This document shows, piece by piece, positions 1-10,463 of a stretch of 64,000 nt of DNA (position 1 is its first letter; each line of letters begins with the position of its first letter). The DNA is from Sphingomicrobium sp. (lineage in GTDB: Bacteria; Pseudomonadota; Alphaproteobacteria; Sphingomonadales; Sphingomonadaceae). The DNA is taken from positions 1,635 through 65,634 of the forward strand of contig JBBJOG010000012.1 of assembly GCA_037721775.1 (NCBI GenBank), written 5' to 3'. The position numbers and the translations under genes are program-made. The notes beneath the pieces are model-generated. The model worked only from the letters and a program-made list of their open reading frames with translations. It had not been told where the DNA came from and made no database searches.

Positions 1-225
1 GAAGTCCTCGGACTCGACCATATTGTCCTGCTTGTCGCCGCGCAGCCCATGCTGCGGCCCGAAGGCGGCGGTCAGGTTGATTCCGACGCGGGCAAACGCG
101 TCGAGGCTGTGCGTCAAATCGGCGGTCACCGAAGCGGGATGGGCGAGCAGCGCGACCCGCTTGCCTTCGAGCGGACGGCGAAGGCCGGGCTCGGCGAGCA
201 GCCGGTCGATTCCGAACAGGGTCAT
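1..225 (-). CDS. DUF1343 / NamZ-like (exo-beta-N-acetylmuramidase family) protein, 5' part only (runs off window edge)
   Basis: Not in ORF track. Manual translation from ATG at 225: MTLFGIDRLL...RVALLAHPASV...FGPQHGLRGDKQDNMVESEDF, matching the DUF1343 N-terminal signature. Confidence 0.85.
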   Translation of the reverse strand, partial: MTLFGIDRLLAEPGLRRPLEGKRVALLAHPASVTADLTHSLDAFARVGINLTAAFGPQHGLRGDKQDNMVESEDF

Positions 226-235
226 GCTTTGCTGT

Positions 236-772
236 CTAGGCAAGCCGCGCGGCGAAGCAATCGGGCGCGTGGAAATCGGGCTTGTCGCCCGGCGGATGAG
301 CCAGAGCCCAGTACGACTTGATCCCGTCCTGCTCCTCGAGGACCGCGGACAGGCCGAGCTGCCACGGCCCGGCGTCGACGGCCAAAGTGACTCCAACCTG
401 CCACCAGGTGAGATTGTCCTGCACCACGATGTCCGGCGCGAAGCCGACGTCGGCGTTGGCCCGCTGCTCCCGGTAGCCGGGGAAGTCATAAGCCGCCCAC
501 TGCCCCGACGGCGCGAAATTCCACTCGCGATAGGCTTCCTCGCCGACCCACCGCAAAAACATCTCGAAGCAGGTGGTTTGCCACAGCCGGTCGGCGCGCG
601 ACGGCTCCGCGGGCTCGGCGACAGCGAAACGCTGGATCGGCGCGCTTACGCAAAACCAGATCTTGGTCGAGGCGGTGGTGCCGAGGATGTGCGCATGCTC
701 GACGTCGGCCCAGACTTTGAGATCAGGATCGGACGACGGGGATGCCGGGTGCGGGACGAGATTGTACTGCAT
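236..772 (-). CDS. DOMON-like domain protein
   Basis: RADRLWQTTCFEMF, EWNFAPSGQWAAYDF and YWALAHPPGDKPDFH motifs; start moved to internal ATG 772. Confidence 0.75.
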   Translation of the reverse strand: MQYNLVPHPASPSSDPDLKVWADVEHAHILGTTASTKIWFCVSAPIQRFAVAEPAEPSRADRLWQTTCFEMFLRWVGEEAYREWNFAPSGQWAAYDFPGYREQRANADVGFAPDIVVQDNLTWWQVGVTLAVDAGPWQLGLSAVLEEQDGIKSYWALAHPPGDKPDFHAPDCFAARLA

Positions 773-820
773 CGAGCTAACTATCGCCATTCCGGCGAGT
801 TGGCTAAGCGGCAATCAATG

Positions 821-2029
821 ATGACCTACCGCTCCTCCCTGCTCAAGCTGCTCGACGAGCGCGGCTACATTCACCAGCTGACCGATGCCGCCGGGCTCGA
901 CGCGCTTGCCCAGAAGGAAATCGTCACCGCTTACGTCGGCTTCGACGCGACCGCGCCGTCGCTGCATGTCGGTAGCCTGGTACAGATCATGCTCCTGCGG
1001 CGGCTTCAGCAGGCCGGGCACCGGCCGATCGTGCTGATGGGCGGCGGCACGACCAAGGTCGGCGATCCGTCGGGCAAGGACGAGGCGCGCAAGCTGCTCA
1101 CCGACGACGACATTGCCGCCAACATCGCCGGGATCCGCACCGTGTTCGAGCGCTTCCTGTCGTTCGGCGACGGGCCGACCGACGCGGTCCTGGTCAACAA
1201 TGACGACTGGCTGGGCAAGCTCGACTATGTCCCTTTCCTGCGCGAGGTCGGCCGCCACTTCACCATCAACCGAATGCTGACTTTCGACAGCGTCCGGCTG
1301 CGCCTCGACCGCGAGCAGCCGCTGACCTTCCTCGAATTCAACTATATGATCCTGCAGGCCTACGATTTCCTCGAGCTGTCGCGGCGGCTGGGGTGCCGGG
1401 CCCAGCTCGGTGGGTCCGACCAGTGGGGCAACATCGTCAACGGCATCGAGCTTGCCCGCCGAATCGAGGGGACGGAGACGTTCGGGGTCACCACCCCGCT
1501 GATCACCAACCCCGACGGGTCGAAGATGGGCAAGACCGCCCAGGGCGCGGTATGGCTCAACGAGGATTTGCTCAGCGCGTACGATTATTGGCAATTCTGG
1601 AGGAACACCGCCGATTCCAGCGTCGGCCTCTTCCTCCGCCGCTTCACCGACATCCCGCTGGACGAAGTTACCCGTCTGGAAGCGCTGCAAGGCGCCGAGA
1701 TCAACGACGCCAAGGTCGCGCTGGCCAACGCCGCGACGGCAATGCTCCACGGCGAGGAAGCGGCGCGGACCGCGGCGGAAACGGCTCAAATGACGTTCGC
1801 GAAACGCGGCGTCGGCGACGATTTGCCGACTTTGTCGGTCGGCGACGGACTCAACATCGCCCATGCGCTCACGGCACTCGGATTCACGCAGTCCAACAAG
1901 GAAGCCAAGCGCAAGATCGCCGAGGGCGCCGTGCGGCTGAATGACGAGCCGGTTACGGACCCCGGCCTGGTCGTCACCGAAGGAAAGCTCAGCCTCGGCC
2001 GCAAGAAGCACGGGCTGCTGGTCCGCTAG
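821..2029 (+). CDS. tyrS: Tyrosine--tRNA ligase
   Basis: YVGFDATAPSLHVG (HIGH), QLGGSDQWGNI, KMGKT (KMSKS) and C-terminal S4 domain. True start at ATG 818 or 821, not 23. Confidence 0.98.
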   Translation: MTYRSSLLKLLDERGYIHQLTDAAGLDALAQKEIVTAYVGFDATAPSLHVGSLVQIMLLRRLQQAGHRPIVLMGGGTTKVGDPSGKDEARKLLTDDDIAANIAGIRTVFERFLSFGDGPTDAVLVNNDDWLGKLDYVPFLREVGRHFTINRMLTFDSVRLRLDREQPLTFLEFNYMILQAYDFLELSRRLGCRAQLGGSDQWGNIVNGIELARRIEGTETFGVTTPLITNPDGSKMGKTAQGAVWLNEDLLSAYDYWQFWRNTADSSVGLFLRRFTDIPLDEVTRLEALQGAEINDAKVALANAATAMLHGEEAARTAAETAQMTFAKRGVGDDLPTLSVGDGLNIAHALTALGFTQSNKEAKRKIAEGAVRLNDEPVTDPGLVVTEGKLSLGRKKHGLLVR

Positions 2030-2041
2030 CTTTCGTTTAGG

Positions 2042-4102
2042 TCACCCCGACCTGATCAGCCCCACCGCCTGGTCGCGCTCGAACAGATAGAGGCAGGTTC
2101 GCGCAGCTTGCCCGCGCGGCCCCGACAGGCCGCCGTCGCGCTCGAGCAACAGCCGGGCGTCACTCTGGGCTACGGGCGCCAGCGCTTCGACGTCCTCGGG
2201 CCTGGCAACCCGAAAAGCGACATCGCCCGACTGGCGTAGCCCAAGAATTTCACCCGGCCCGCGAAGGCGCAGATCCTCCTCGGCGATCTTGAAACCGTCA
2301 TTGCTCTCGCGCATCAGCGCAAGCCGCGCCCGTGCGCTCTCGGTCAAAGTGCCGCCCCGGATCAGCAGGCAAATGCTCTTGCCCGTCCCGCGTCCGACCC
2401 GGCCGCGCAATTGGTGAAGCTGGGCGAGGCCGAACCGCTCGGCCCCTTCGACCACCATCAGCGTTGAATTGGGCACGTCGACCCCGACCTCGATGACGGT
2501 GGTGGCGACCAGCACGGCGATGTCGCCGCCGGCGAACGCGGCCATGACTCTGTCCTTGTCCGGCCCCTTCATCCGGCCGTGGACCAGCCCGACCTTGTCC
2601 TCGCCGAAGCGGCTCTTGAGGACCCGCGCGCGCTCTTCGGCAGCGGCGGCGTCGCTGGTCTCGTTCTCCTCGACCAACGGGCACACCCAATAAGCCTGGC
2701 CGCCGTCGCCGATGTGGCGGCCCAATGCGCTGATGACCTCGGACAATTTCTCGTCGCTGATTACCCGCGTCTCGACCGGGGTTCGGCCAGGCGGCATCTC
2801 GTCGATGAAGCTGACGTCCATCTCGCCATAATGGGTGAGCGTCAGCGTGCGCGGGATCGGGGTCGCGGTCATCACCAGCAGATGCGGCGGCCGCTCGGCC
2901 TTTTGCGACAGCAGCAGCCGTTGCGACACTCCGAAGCGGTGCTGCTCGTCGATCACCGCCAGGCCAAGGCTCTTGTACGCGACCTTCTCCTGAAAGATGG
3001 CGTGGGTGCCGACGAGGATATCGATCGCGCCGGCGGCGAGGCCCATCAATATGCTCTCGCGCGCCTTGCCCTTCTCCCGCCCGGTCAGCACCGCCACATG
3101 CACGCCGAGCGAAGTCAGCTGCTTCGAGAGCGTGTCGAAATGCTGGCGGGCGAGGATTTCGGTGGGCGCGAGGAGCGCGGCCTGGGCGCCCGCTTCGACC
3201 GCGGTCAGCATCGCCTCCAGAGCAACGAGAGTCTTGCCCGAGCCGACGTCGCCCTGGAGCAGCCGGAGCATCGGCACATTTTGCTCCATGTCGCCGCGAA
3301 TCTCGCCGATCACCCGCCGCTGCGCGCCGGTCAGCTGGTAGGGCAGCTTGAGCGCTTGGGTCAGCCGGCCGTCCCCGGCCAGCGGCACCCCGCGCTTGCG
3401 CCGCGATGACTGGCGAAGGAGCAGCAGCGCCAGCTGGTTGGCGAACACTTCGTCGTAGGCGAGCCGGCGACGCGCTTCGGTGGCGGCGGGATCGGCGTGA
3501 CTCTGCGCAAAAGCGGCACGCCACGACCGCCACGCCTCTTTTTCCAGTAAGCTCGGCTCGATCCATTCGGCCAGCTCCGGCGAGCGCTCCAGCGCATGGA
3601 CCGCAAGCTCGCGCATGCGCTTGTTGGCGACGCCCTCGGTCAGCGGATAGACCGGCTCGCGCACCGCGATATCGGTCTCGGCCCCCGGCTCGATCACGTC
3701 GGGATGAATGATCTGCCACTCGTCGCCATAGGCTTCGAGCTTGCCCGAGACGGTGCGCATCTCGCCCAGCGGCAGGCTCTTCTTCGCCCATCCGGGATTG
3801 TTGAAATATACCAGCGCAATCGTGTTGCCGTCGCTGTCGGACGCGAACACCCGCGTCGGCCCGCGCCCGGACCGCGGGCTGCGCGTTTCGAACGGCGTCA
3901 GCTCCAGGATGACGGTTCGGCCAAGCAGAGCCTGGGTCGCCGCGGTCACGCGGATCCGCTCGATGACTCCGGTCGGCAGATGATAAAGCATGTCAACGGC
4001 GCGGGTGATGCCGATCCGCTTGAGCGCCTTGGCGATCTGCGGCCCCACGCCAGGCAGCGTCTCGACCTCGGCGAACAAGGGGTTGAGGATGTCCGGGCGC
4101 AT
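2042..4102 (-). CDS. recG: ATP-dependent DNA helicase RecG
   Basis: [40 protein letters not shown]; start MRPDILNPLF at 4102. Confidence 0.98.
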   Translation of the reverse strand: MRPDILNPLFAEVETLPGVGPQIAKALKRIGITRAVDMLYHLPTGVIERIRVTAATQALLGRTVILELTPFETRSPRSGRGPTRVFASDSDGNTIALVYFNNPGWAKKSLPLGEMRTVSGKLEAYGDEWQIIHPDVIEPGAETDIAVREPVYPLTEGVANKRMRELAVHALERSPELAEWIEPSLLEKEAWRSWRAAFAQSHADPAATEARRRLAYDEVFANQLALLLLRQSSRRKRGVPLAGDGRLTQALKLPYQLTGAQRRVIGEIRGDMEQNVPMLRLLQGDVGSGKTLVALEAMLTAVEAGAQAALLAPTEILARQHFDTLSKQLTSLGVHVAVLTGREKGKARESILMGLAAGAIDILVGTHAIFQEKVAYKSLGLAVIDEQHRFGVSQRLLLSQKAERPPHLLVMTATPIPRTLTLTHYGEMDVSFIDEMPPGRTPVETRVISDEKLSEVISALGRHIGDGGQAYWVCPLVEENETSDAAAAEERARVLKSRFGEDKVGLVHGRMKGPDKDRVMAAFAGGDIAVLVATTVIEVGVDVPNSTLMVVEGAERFGLAQLHQLRGRVGRGTGKSICLLIRGGTLTESARARLALMRESNDGFKIAEEDLRLRGPGEILGLRQSGDVAFRVARPEDVEALAPVAQSDARLLLERDGGLSGPRGQAARTCLYLFERDQAVGLIRSG

Positions 4103-4107
4103 CGAAC

Positions 4108-4177
4108 CGTCATTGCGTGGAGCGAAGCGACGAAGCAATCCACCTCGCTGGATTGCTTCGCTCCGCTCGCAATGACG
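4108..4177. repeat. 70-bp palindromic (REP/RPE-like) element
   Basis: CGTCATTGCG...CGCAATGACG outer arms and CGAAGCAATCCA/TGGATTGCTTCG inner stem; fills most of the recG-sdhE intergenic gap. Confidence 0.85.
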
Positions 4178-4201
4178 AAAGACCTGCCCTATCTGCCGCT
4201 A

Positions 4202-4468
4202 ATGCATCCCGACGAAGACCTGAAGCGCCTTGAGTGGCGGGCGCACCATCGCGGCACGCGCGAGGGGAACATCCTCGTCGGCGGGTTCTTCGATGCTCAC
4301 CACGGGCAATGGGGTTCGCCGGAACGAGCGTTGTTCGCCGAGATGCTCGAGGAGCAGGACGCCGACATTATTGCCTGGGCGATCGGAACCGCCGAGGCTC
4401 CGAAATGCTTCCAGGGGCCAATGCTCGAAGCCCTCCGCAAGCTCGATTATATTCCGATCTCGCGATGA
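4202..4468 (+). CDS. sdhE: Succinate dehydrogenase assembly factor 2 (FAD assembly factor)
   Basis: KRLEWRAHHRGTREGNILVGGF (RGxxE motif); stop overlaps mfd ATG; alternative in-frame ATG at 4172. Confidence 0.9.
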   Translation: MHPDEDLKRLEWRAHHRGTREGNILVGGFFDAHHGQWGSPERALFAEMLEEQDADIIAWAIGTAEAPKCFQGPMLEALRKLDYIPISR

Positions 4469-7400
4469 GCGAACCGCTTCCGCGCATCCTTGAAGCGCGC
4501 GAGCCGCTGACGCTTGCCGGCGTCCCGGCGGGCTTCCTGCCGTGGCTCGCCGCCGATTTGGCGCGGGCCGCGCACGGGCAGCCCAGGCCGGCGCGAGCGG
4601 TGGTGGTGGCGGCCGACGAAGCGGCGATGCGTGCGCTTGCCGACACCGTGCCCCTGTTCGCGCCCGAGGTGCAGGTGCTCGCGCTGCCCGCGTGGGACTG
4701 CCTGCCTTACGACCGCTCGTCGCCCGCTCTTCGAGTCATGGCCGAACGACTGGCGACGCTGCACGCGCTGCAGCAGCCGCTGACCACACCGCAGCTGCTG
4801 GTCGCCACCGCCAACGGCGCCACCCAGCGTGCGCTGAGCCCGTTCCGCATCCGCCAGCTGACGCGCTCCATTGCCCAGGGCGAACGAATCGACCGCGACC
4901 TGCTGATCAAACAGCTGACCGCGCTTGGCTACCAGCGCAGCGATTCGGTCGCCGAACATGGCGAATATGCGGTCCGCGGCTCGCTGGTCGACCTGTTCCC
5001 CTCGGGCGAGGCGAACGCGCTGCGGCTCGACTTTTTCGGCGACGAGATCGAGAGCCTGCGCCGCTTCGACCCCGCCGACCAGCGCTCGACCGGGACCGCC
5101 GAGGGCTTCCTGCTGATGCCCGCGTCGGAAGCTTTGCTCGACGAGGACAACATCAAGCGCTTCCGCGAGCGTTACCGGGAGACGTTCGGAGCGACCGCGA
5201 CCGGCGACCCGCTTTACCAGGCGGTGTCGGACGGGCGGCGGCTGGCAGGGATGGAGCATTGGCTGCCTTTGTTCGAAGAGCGGCTGGCGACGATGTTCGA
5301 CTATCTCGCCGACGATGACCTCGTGGTGCGCGACGCCGGCGTCGACGGCTCGCTCGATGCTCGCTGGGAAAGCGTCGAGGATTATTTCCAGAACCGCACC
5401 CGTGCGATGCAGTCGGAGCCGGGGAGTTATCGGCCGCTGCCGCCCGCCGCGCTGTACCTGGCCTGCGACGAATGGGGTGAAGCGCTAGCCGCCCGGCCGA
5501 TCCACCGAACCTCGGGATTCCGCGAGGCGGAAGGCAAGAGCACCATCGATTTCGGTGTCGATCCGGCGCGCGACTTCGGGCCCGAGCGGGCGCGCAACGC
5601 CAACGTCTACGAAGCGGTCGCCGACCATATTGCAGCGCTTCGCAAGAGCGGCCGCAAGGTTGTCCTCGCAAGCTACAGCAATGGCGCCCGCGAGCGGCTC
5701 GGCGGGCTGCTCGAGGATCATGGGGTCAAGGCCGCCAGGCCAGTCGACAGCTGGCAGCAAGCGTTCGCGGCCTCTTCACCTTCGCTGTTGGTGCTACCCC
5801 TCGACCACGGTTTCACCGGCGATGAGGTGGCGGTGATCACCGAGCAGGACATGCTCGGCGACCGGCTGGTGCGCCGCCGCAAGCGCCGCAAGAGCGCCGA
5901 CGCCTTCCTGTCGGAGCTGGCTGCACTCACCCCGGGCGACCTCGTCGTCCACGCCGAGCATGGCATCGGCCGCTATGAGGGGCTGACCTCGATCAAGGTC
6001 GGCAAGAGCCCGCACGATTGCGTCGCAATTTCGTACAACGGCGGCGACAAGCTCTATCTGCCGGTCGAGAATATCGAATTACTGTCGCGCTACGGCAGCG
6101 AGAATGAGGCCGTGAGCCTCGACCGGCTCGGCGGCGAAGCGTGGCAGCGGCGCAAGTCGCGGATGAAGGACCGGATCCGCCAGATCGCCGGCGAGCTGAT
6201 CAAGGTCGCGGCCCTTCGCGCGACCCGCCCGGCTCCGATTGCTCAGGCCGATTCGGCCTTCCCGCAATTCGTCGACCGATTCCCCTACGAGGAGACCGAC
6301 GACCAGGACCGGGCGATCGAGGACGTGCTCGGCGACCTCGAGGCCGGCAGGCCGATGGACCGGCTGGTGTGCGGCGACGTCGGCTTCGGCAAGACCGAGG
6401 TCGCGCTCCGAGCCGCCTTCGTCACCGCCATGGCGGGCATGCAGGTCGCGCTGATCTGCCCGACGACCTTGCTCGCCCGGCAGCATTATTCCAACTTCCT
6501 CGATCGCCTGCACGGCTTTCCGATCGAGCTCGGCCGGCTGTCGCGGCTGGTGCCGGCAGCCGAGACCAAAAAGACCAAGGAGGGCCTGGAAAAAGGCCTC
6601 GTCGACATCGTCATCGGCACCCACGCTCTTTTGGCAAAAGGTTTGAAATTCAAGAAGCTGGGACTCGTCATTGTTGACGAGGAGCAGCATTTCGGAGTGA
6701 CTCACAAGGAGCGGCTGAAAGCGCTCAAGGCCGACGTTCATGTGCTGACCCTGACCGCCACCCCGATCCCGCGCACGCTGCAGATGGCGATGAGCGGGCT
6801 TCGCGATCTCAGCGTGATCCAGACGCCGCCGGTCGACCGGCTCGCGGTGCGCACCTACGTCACGCCGTGGGACGCGATCGTCGTCCGCGAGGCTTTGCTT
6901 CGCGAGCATTACCGCGGGGGCCAGACCTTCTTCGTCGTGCCGCGCATCTCCGACCTTCCCGACATCGAGCAATGGTTGCGCGAGCAAGTGCCCGAGGTGA
7001 CGTTCGTCACCGCTCACGGCCAGATGAGCGCGACCCAGGTCGAAGAAAGGATGAGCGCTTTTTACGACCGCAAGTATGACGTACTGCTGTCAACCACCAT
7101 CGTCGAAAGCGGCCTCGACATCCCCAGCGCCAATACGCTCATCGTCCACCGCTCCGACAGCTTCGGGCTTGCCCAGCTCTACCAGCTTCGCGGCCGTGTC
7201 GGGCGGGCCAAGATCCGCGCCTACGCGTATCTGACGACCCCGGCGAACCGGCAGATCACGGCAACCGCCGAGAAACGGCTACAGGTGCTGGCCAACCTCG
7301 ACAGCCTCGGCGCCGGCTTCCAGCTCGCCAGCCATGATCTCGACATCCGCGGCGCCGGCAATCTGCTCGGCGACGAGCAGTCGGGACACATCAAGGAAGT

Positions 7401-7950
7401 CGGCTTCGAATTGTACCAGTCGATGCTGGAGGAGGCGATCATCGAGGACAAGGCCGGCGGCATGCCGCGCCCGGACGAATTCTCGCCGCAGATCAGCGTC
7501 GACGCGCCGATCCTCATTCCCGAGCATTACGTGCCCGACCTCGACTTGCGGATGGGCCTGTACCGGCGCCTCGGCGACCTGGAAGACAAGCGCGCGATCG
7601 ATGAATATGCGGCCGAGCTGATCGACCGCTTCGGTTCGCTTCCGACCGAGACCTCGAACCTGCTCAAGATCGTCGAGGTCAAGCTCAACTGCAAGAAAGC
7701 GATGATCGCCAAGCTCGACATCGGGCCCAAGGGCGCGCTCGTCACCTTCGCGCCGAGCGGCTTTCCAGATCTGCAGGCGCTGCTTGGCTACATCGAACGG
7801 CTCAAGGGCTCGGCCAAGCTTCGCCCCGACAGCAAGCTGGCGGTGTCGCGCAACTGGCCGCGGCCCGAGGACGGGCTCAACGGCGCGCTTCAGGTCTCGC
7901 TCGGCCTCGCTCGCGTGGCCATGGCCAGCGTCGCCTCGGTGGCGGCCTAG
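4465..7950 (+). CDS. mfd: Transcription-repair coupling factor
   Basis: UvrB-like N-terminus, RID ([14 protein letters not shown]), [24 protein letters not shown]-terminus; start ATG 4465. Confidence 0.98.
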   Translation: MSEPLPRILEAREPLTLAGVPAGFLPWLAADLARAAHGQPRPARAVVVAADEAAMRALADTVPLFAPEVQVLALPAWDCLPYDRSSPALRVMAERLATLHALQQPLTTPQLLVATANGATQRALSPFRIRQLTRSIAQGERIDRDLLIKQLTALGYQRSDSVAEHGEYAVRGSLVDLFPSGEANALRLDFFGDEIESLRRFDPADQRSTGTAEGFLLMPASEALLDEDNIKRFRERYRETFGATATGDPLYQAVSDGRRLAGMEHWLPLFEERLATMFDYLADDDLVVRDAGVDGSLDARWESVEDYFQNRTRAMQSEPGSYRPLPPAALYLACDEWGEALAARPIHRTSGFREAEGKSTIDFGVDPARDFGPERARNANVYEAVADHIAALRKSGRKVVLASYSNGARERLGGLLEDHGVKAARPVDSWQQAFAASSPSLLVLPLDHGFTGDEVAVITEQDMLGDRLVRRRKRRKSADAFLSELAALTPGDLVVHAEHGIGRYEGLTSIKVGKSPHDCVAISYNGGDKLYLPVENIELLSRYGSENEAVSLDRLGGEAWQRRKSRMKDRIRQIAGELIKVAALRATRPAPIAQADSAFPQFVDRFPYEETDDQDRAIEDVLGDLEAGRPMDRLVCGDVGFGKTEVALRAAFVTAMAGMQVALICPTTLLARQHYSNFLDRLHGFPIELGRLSRLVPAAETKKTKEGLEKGLVDIVIGTHALLAKGLKFKKLGLVIVDEEQHFGVTHKERLKALKADVHVLTLTATPIPRTLQMAMSGLRDLSVIQTPPVDRLAVRTYVTPWDAIVVREALLREHYRGGQTFFVVPRISDLPDIEQWLREQVPEVTFVTAHGQMSATQVEERMSAFYDRKYDVLLSTTIVESGLDIPSANTLIVHRSDSFGLAQLYQLRGRVGRAKIRAYAYLTTPANRQITATAEKRLQVLANLDSLGAGFQLASHDLDIRGAGNLLGDEQSGHIKEVGFELYQSMLEEAIIEDKAGGMPRPDEFSPQISVDAPILIPEHYVPDLDLRMGLYRRLGDLEDKRAIDEYAAELIDRFGSLPTETSNLLKIVEVKLNCKKAMIAKLDIGPKGALVTFAPSGFPDLQALLGYIERLKGSAKLRPDSKLAVSRNWPRPEDGLNGALQVSLGLARVAMASVASVAA

Positions 7951-8070
7951 CGTCGCCGACGCCTCGCGGGAAGCGATTCAGAGCCGATACGCTAAGTAGC
8001 AGACCTGCACCTTTCTGATTGGTCGCATTTACTATAATAGTGAGGGTTTGCGCAGGTCCATGGAGCGGAG

Positions 8071-9126
8071 ATGTCTGACAAGGCGCCGAAGGATCAAGAG
8101 CAGAAGAAAGCCGAGGCCGAGGTCGCGGAGTTCAAGCACGATCTTGGCCCGTTCGTCATTGCCGCCGAAACCACCCGCATGGCGATGGTGTTCACCGACG
8201 CCTGCGAGCCCGACAATCCGATCATCTTCGTCAACGACGCCTTCCTGAAGCTGACCGGTTACGAGCGCGACGAAGTGCTGGCGCAGAGCTTCAACTTCCT
8301 GCTCGCCTCGGGCACCGACCAGGAGGCGATGGAGCAGATCAAGACCGCGTTCGCGCGCCACACCGACGATTCGCCCGAAATCCATTATCGCCGCAAGGAC
8401 GGCAGCGAATTCTGGGCGTCGCTGTTCGTCAACGCGGTCAAGGACGATGATGGCGCGGTCGTGCAGCACTTCATCTCGCTGGCCGAAACCACCCGCACCA
8501 AGCTAGCGCAGCAAAATGCGGCGATGCTGATCGATGAGCTCAACCATCGCGTCAAAAACACGCTCGCGACCGTGCAGTCGATCGTCGCCCAGGCGGTGCG
8601 CAATAATAGCGATCCAATGATCGTGCGCGAATCGATCGAAACTCGAATCGCCGCTCTGTCGCGCTCGCACGACCTGCTCGCCCGCGACAAATGGGTCGGC
8701 GCCGGCCTGCACGATCTGGTCGATCAGGCGCTCGAGCCGTTCAGCGTGACCGAGGGCCGCGCCGAACGCTTCACGGTCGAAGGTGACAATGTCCGGTTGT
8801 CGCCCAAGGCGACGCTGGCTTTGGGCATCGCGTTCCACGAGCTGGCGACCAACGCCGTCAAATATGGCGCCTTTTCGAACGAGGCGGGGACGATCTCGAT
8901 CCGCTGGACTATCGAATCGAAGGACGGTGGCCGGTGGCTGTGCCTTCGTTGGCGCGAGAGCGACGGTCCTCCGGTCAAGGCTCCGTCGCGCAAGGGGTTT
9001 GGGTCGCGTGTCATCGAACAGGGCCTGGCGCACGAACTGAACGGCAAGGTCGATGTCGATTACGCGCCCAGCGGAATGGTTTGCACGCTCAAGATTCCGG
9101 TGCCACTAGCTGTGCTGGATGGCTGA
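8071..9126 (+). CDS. PAS (degenerate LOV-like) HWE-family sensor histidine kinase
   Basis: ELNHRVKNTLA H-box, HELATNAVKYGA, WRESDGPPV (HWE); N-terminal PAS DNPIIFVNDAFLKLTGY...RKDGSEFW. Confidence 0.92.
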   Translation: MSDKAPKDQEQKKAEAEVAEFKHDLGPFVIAAETTRMAMVFTDACEPDNPIIFVNDAFLKLTGYERDEVLAQSFNFLLASGTDQEAMEQIKTAFARHTDDSPEIHYRRKDGSEFWASLFVNAVKDDDGAVVQHFISLAETTRTKLAQQNAAMLIDELNHRVKNTLATVQSIVAQAVRNNSDPMIVRESIETRIAALSRSHDLLARDKWVGAGLHDLVDQALEPFSVTEGRAERFTVEGDNVRLSPKATLALGIAFHELATNAVKYGAFSNEAGTISIRWTIESKDGGRWLCLRWRESDGPPVKAPSRKGFGSRVIEQGLAHELNGKVDVDYAPSGMVCTLKIPVPLAVLDG

Positions 9127-9517
9127 TCAGCTCCTCTCGGACACGCGAGTCCTCATCGTTGAGGACGAAATGCTCATCATGATGCAAATCGAGGACATGC
9201 TCGCCGACCTCGGATGCACGCAAATCACGCGGGCATCCAACGTCGATCAGGCGCTGTCCGCGATCGGCAATCAATTCTTCGATCTTGCAACGCTCGACCT
9301 CAATCTCGGCGGGACCCGAAGCGATAAAGTCGCCGATGCGCTAACCGACCATCTTGTTCCGTTCGCTTATTCTACGGGCTATGGCGCAAATGCCATCGAT
9401 GACGGCCATTGCCGGCATCCCCTGCTCAACAAGCCGTTCAGTTCCGCAAACTTCTCCGAGGTGATGACAAAATTGCTCACACCGACCGCGAACAAGCCAG
9501 CCTTGAGCGCCTCTTAA
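9119..9517 (+). CDS. Single-domain response regulator
   Basis: VLIVEDE, LDLNL (phospho-Asp), STGYG, LLNKPF; overlaps kinase stop. Confidence 0.9.
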   Translation: MADQLLSDTRVLIVEDEMLIMMQIEDMLADLGCTQITRASNVDQALSAIGNQFFDLATLDLNLGGTRSDKVADALTDHLVPFAYSTGYGANAIDDGHCRHPLLNKPFSSANFSEVMTKLLTPTANKPALSAS

Positions 9518-9686
9518 GCCTCAGCCGCTTTGGCTTCGCAGACGGCGACGAATCGGGCGAGCTAGGCCTCATCGATCGGCGCTTGGTTCCCCGCAGCGGG
9601 AGGATCGCTTATGCTGCGGCCACCGACATTTATTCTGAGGTAGCCGATTGAGCCCCAACGATGGATCGAGACCGGCGGCAGGCGAG

Positions 9687-10460
9687 GTGGCGACGCTCAG
9701 CCTCGGGCTGGTCTCCTCGCACACGCCGGTAGCCAAGGCGGCCGAGCAGATGCTCCGCTCGCGCTATGACTGGGCGGACTCGGACACTGCCGAGACACTG
9801 GTCGCGCTGGGCGGCGATGGGTTCATGCTGCAGACTCTTCACGACATGCTGACAAGCGGCCACTCGCGCCCGGTGTTCGGGATGAACCGCGGCACCGTAG
9901 GCTTTCTGATGAACGAGTGGCGGATCGATCTGCTCGCCGAGCGGATCGCCGGCGCCAAGGCGATCCGGGTGACTCCGCTGGAGATGACGGCGCGGACGGT
10001 TTCCGGCGATATCGCCCGCCATGCCGCGATCAACGAAGTGTCGCTGCTCCGCGAAACCCGCCAGACCGCAAAGATCGAAGTCTCGGTCAACGGCCGCGTC
10101 GTCATCCCCGAATTGGTGTGCGACGGCGTGCTGGTGGCGACCCCGGCGGGATCGACCGCCTACAATTTGTCCGCCCACGGCCCGATCCTGCCGCTTGCGG
10201 CGAAGCTTCTGGCGCTGACCCCGATCAGCCCGTTCCGCCCGCGCCGCTGGTCGGGCGCGATCCTGCAGGACGACGCCTGCATTGGCTTCAAGGTGCTCGA
10301 GCCCGAAAACCGTCCGGTGTCGGCGGTCGCCGACCAGTTCGAGGTGCGCGACGTCGCCCAGATCGACATCAAGCTCGATCGGGAGCGCTCGCTGACCCTG
10401 CTGTTCGACCCTGAGCATGCGCTCGACGAGCGCATAGCGATGGAGCAGTTCGCGACCTGA
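9687..10460 (+). CDS. nadK: NAD kinase
   Basis: LGGDGFML, INEV, DG..VATPAGSTAYNLSAHGPIL; start uncertain (GTG 9687 or TTG 9648). Confidence 0.95.
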   Translation: MATLSLGLVSSHTPVAKAAEQMLRSRYDWADSDTAETLVALGGDGFMLQTLHDMLTSGHSRPVFGMNRGTVGFLMNEWRIDLLAERIAGAKAIRVTPLEMTARTVSGDIARHAAINEVSLLRETRQTAKIEVSVNGRVVIPELVCDGVLVATPAGSTAYNLSAHGPILPLAAKLLALTPISPFRPRRWSGAILQDDACIGFKVLEPENRPVSAVADQFEVRDVAQIDIKLDRERSLTLLFDPEHALDERIAMEQFAT

Positions 10461-10463
10461 AGT

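Noticed and set aside
23-817. 265-aa N-terminal extension of TyrS in the ORF track
   Set aside because: It overlaps two real minus-strand genes (DUF1343-like, DOMON-like); TyrS motifs begin after ATG 818/821.
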